From Vicugna vicugna (taxonomy: Eukaryota), in contig MU063892.1 in the NCBI GenBank assembly GCA_013265495.1, positions 5,861,308 through 5,925,307 on the forward strand: DNA of 64,000 nucleotides, given 5' to 3'. Positions 62,911 through 64,000 of this stretch are shown piece by piece. Position 1 is the first letter of the stretch. Every line of letters starts with the position of its first letter. The notes under the pieces were generated by a model. That model saw only the letters and a list, made by a program, of their open reading frames with translations, made no database searches and was not told the DNA's origin. The position numbers were made by a program, and so were the translations under genes.

Positions 62911-64000
62911 AAAGATTATTATGTAAAAAAATTAACCTACATGAGGGGAATCAGGCTCCTCCCTTTCTCATCTCCATCGTCAGTAGGACCTAGGATATCA
63001 CACCGTGATCTCCACCGTGTGGCTACAGAGCGGATGTGTGGTGTAGAAGGTTGTTGGGTGAAGAACTCGTGATGAAACTGTACTTGAGGGAGAAGGCTTT
63101 TAAGTATCAAAATTTCTTATTGGAAATGAACCTGAACATTGGAGGGGGAGGTTTAAGGTACTAGAAAGGGGGAGGGAGGAAGAAGAATAAGACTGAAAGT
63201 TACGCTGAAATGACAGTCCATCCTGAGCTGCAAAGTACACACTTACACATACACACAGACACTTAGGGTGGGTTCTCAGGAAAGTCTGCTGTCCACAACA
63301 GCACGTGGGAGTTTGGTGGAGATAAATTAAAAGGAGCTATTTTCCAAGCATTGATGAATGGCAGAGGGTAAGAATGGCTTTGGGGGGAAGCAAAGAGGTG
63401 AGCAATGTGAGAGACATGAAACCAGGGCTCAAGGTGACCTGCCTGAGTCCCTGGAGGTCACATGGGACACTTGGGACGCGACCATCATGGAATGGGGCTT
63501 CGAGCCAATGTATACCTTCATCATAACAAACGAGGTGACCCTTGCAAGCTGAAGAGCTAGGGGACATGTCAGGGCTGACACTGAAGAAATGAGACAACGA
63601 GTGGAAAAAAGGTCAGGAGGTCGAGGGAAGGGAGACGTGCCCCATTGGGGCAAAAGGGAAGAGCTGACAGTGGTACCTGTTCTCAGCGGTGAGTTCCTGG
63701 AGAGTAGAAAGAAAAGCTGGCAAACAGCATCTCAGTGTCACTTTTTCCCCAGAGAACAGTCAGGCAGATACTGGGAGAAGGAGACTCACTAGGGGACACT
63801 GGTGTGGTTAGAATTGCTGGGATCGGGTCAACAGGCAGGGAGAACTCAGTGGGCTCTGCATCCAGGGCTCCTGGACCAGAGCAGCCTGGAAGAGTCGGGG
63901 TCGGGGGCCGAGGGCTGCCTCTCCCTCCAGACAGACCTGCTTTCTTCCCAGAGAGGTGTTTCCTTCTCTTCCCTATCTCTCTTTTTTTTTTTTTCTTCTT

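Noticed and set aside
1-64000. A novel prokaryote-style system (operon, CRISPR array, defence island, phage)
   Set aside because: The sequence is mammalian and repeat-rich, with no dense ORFs and no repeat-spacer array

Overview
Mammalian genomic DNA, most likely camelid (Camelus/Vicugna/Lama). The assignment rests on a tRNA-derived SINE at 57702 resembling the camelid vic-1 type and on lineage-type L1 3' ends. I saw no Alu, BovB/Bov-A, PRE-1 or CHR SINEs. Much of the window is interspersed repeat: L1 of several ages, L2, MIR, MLT1/MER21 LTRs, and MER44/MER58/MER5/MADE DNA transposons. There are nine internal N-runs, eight of them inside repeats. I recognise no known protein-coding gene, RNA gene, CRISPR array or prokaryotic system. 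The ORF track is mostly chance ORFs, N-run artefacts and L1 ORF2 remnants. The best unexplained signals are: (i) a textbook signal-peptide-type exon at 49457-49514 with a speculative in-frame six-Cys second exon at 54894-55147; (ii) two independent TSD-flanked short L1-tail insertions sharing a 5' end and a diagnostic base; (iii) a strongly AT-to-GC-biased tract inside an ancient L1; (iv) an old L1 with a twin-priming-type inversion. Repeat family names come from my memory of consensus sequences. Boundaries are approximate (tens of bp) unless a TSD or TIR fixes them.
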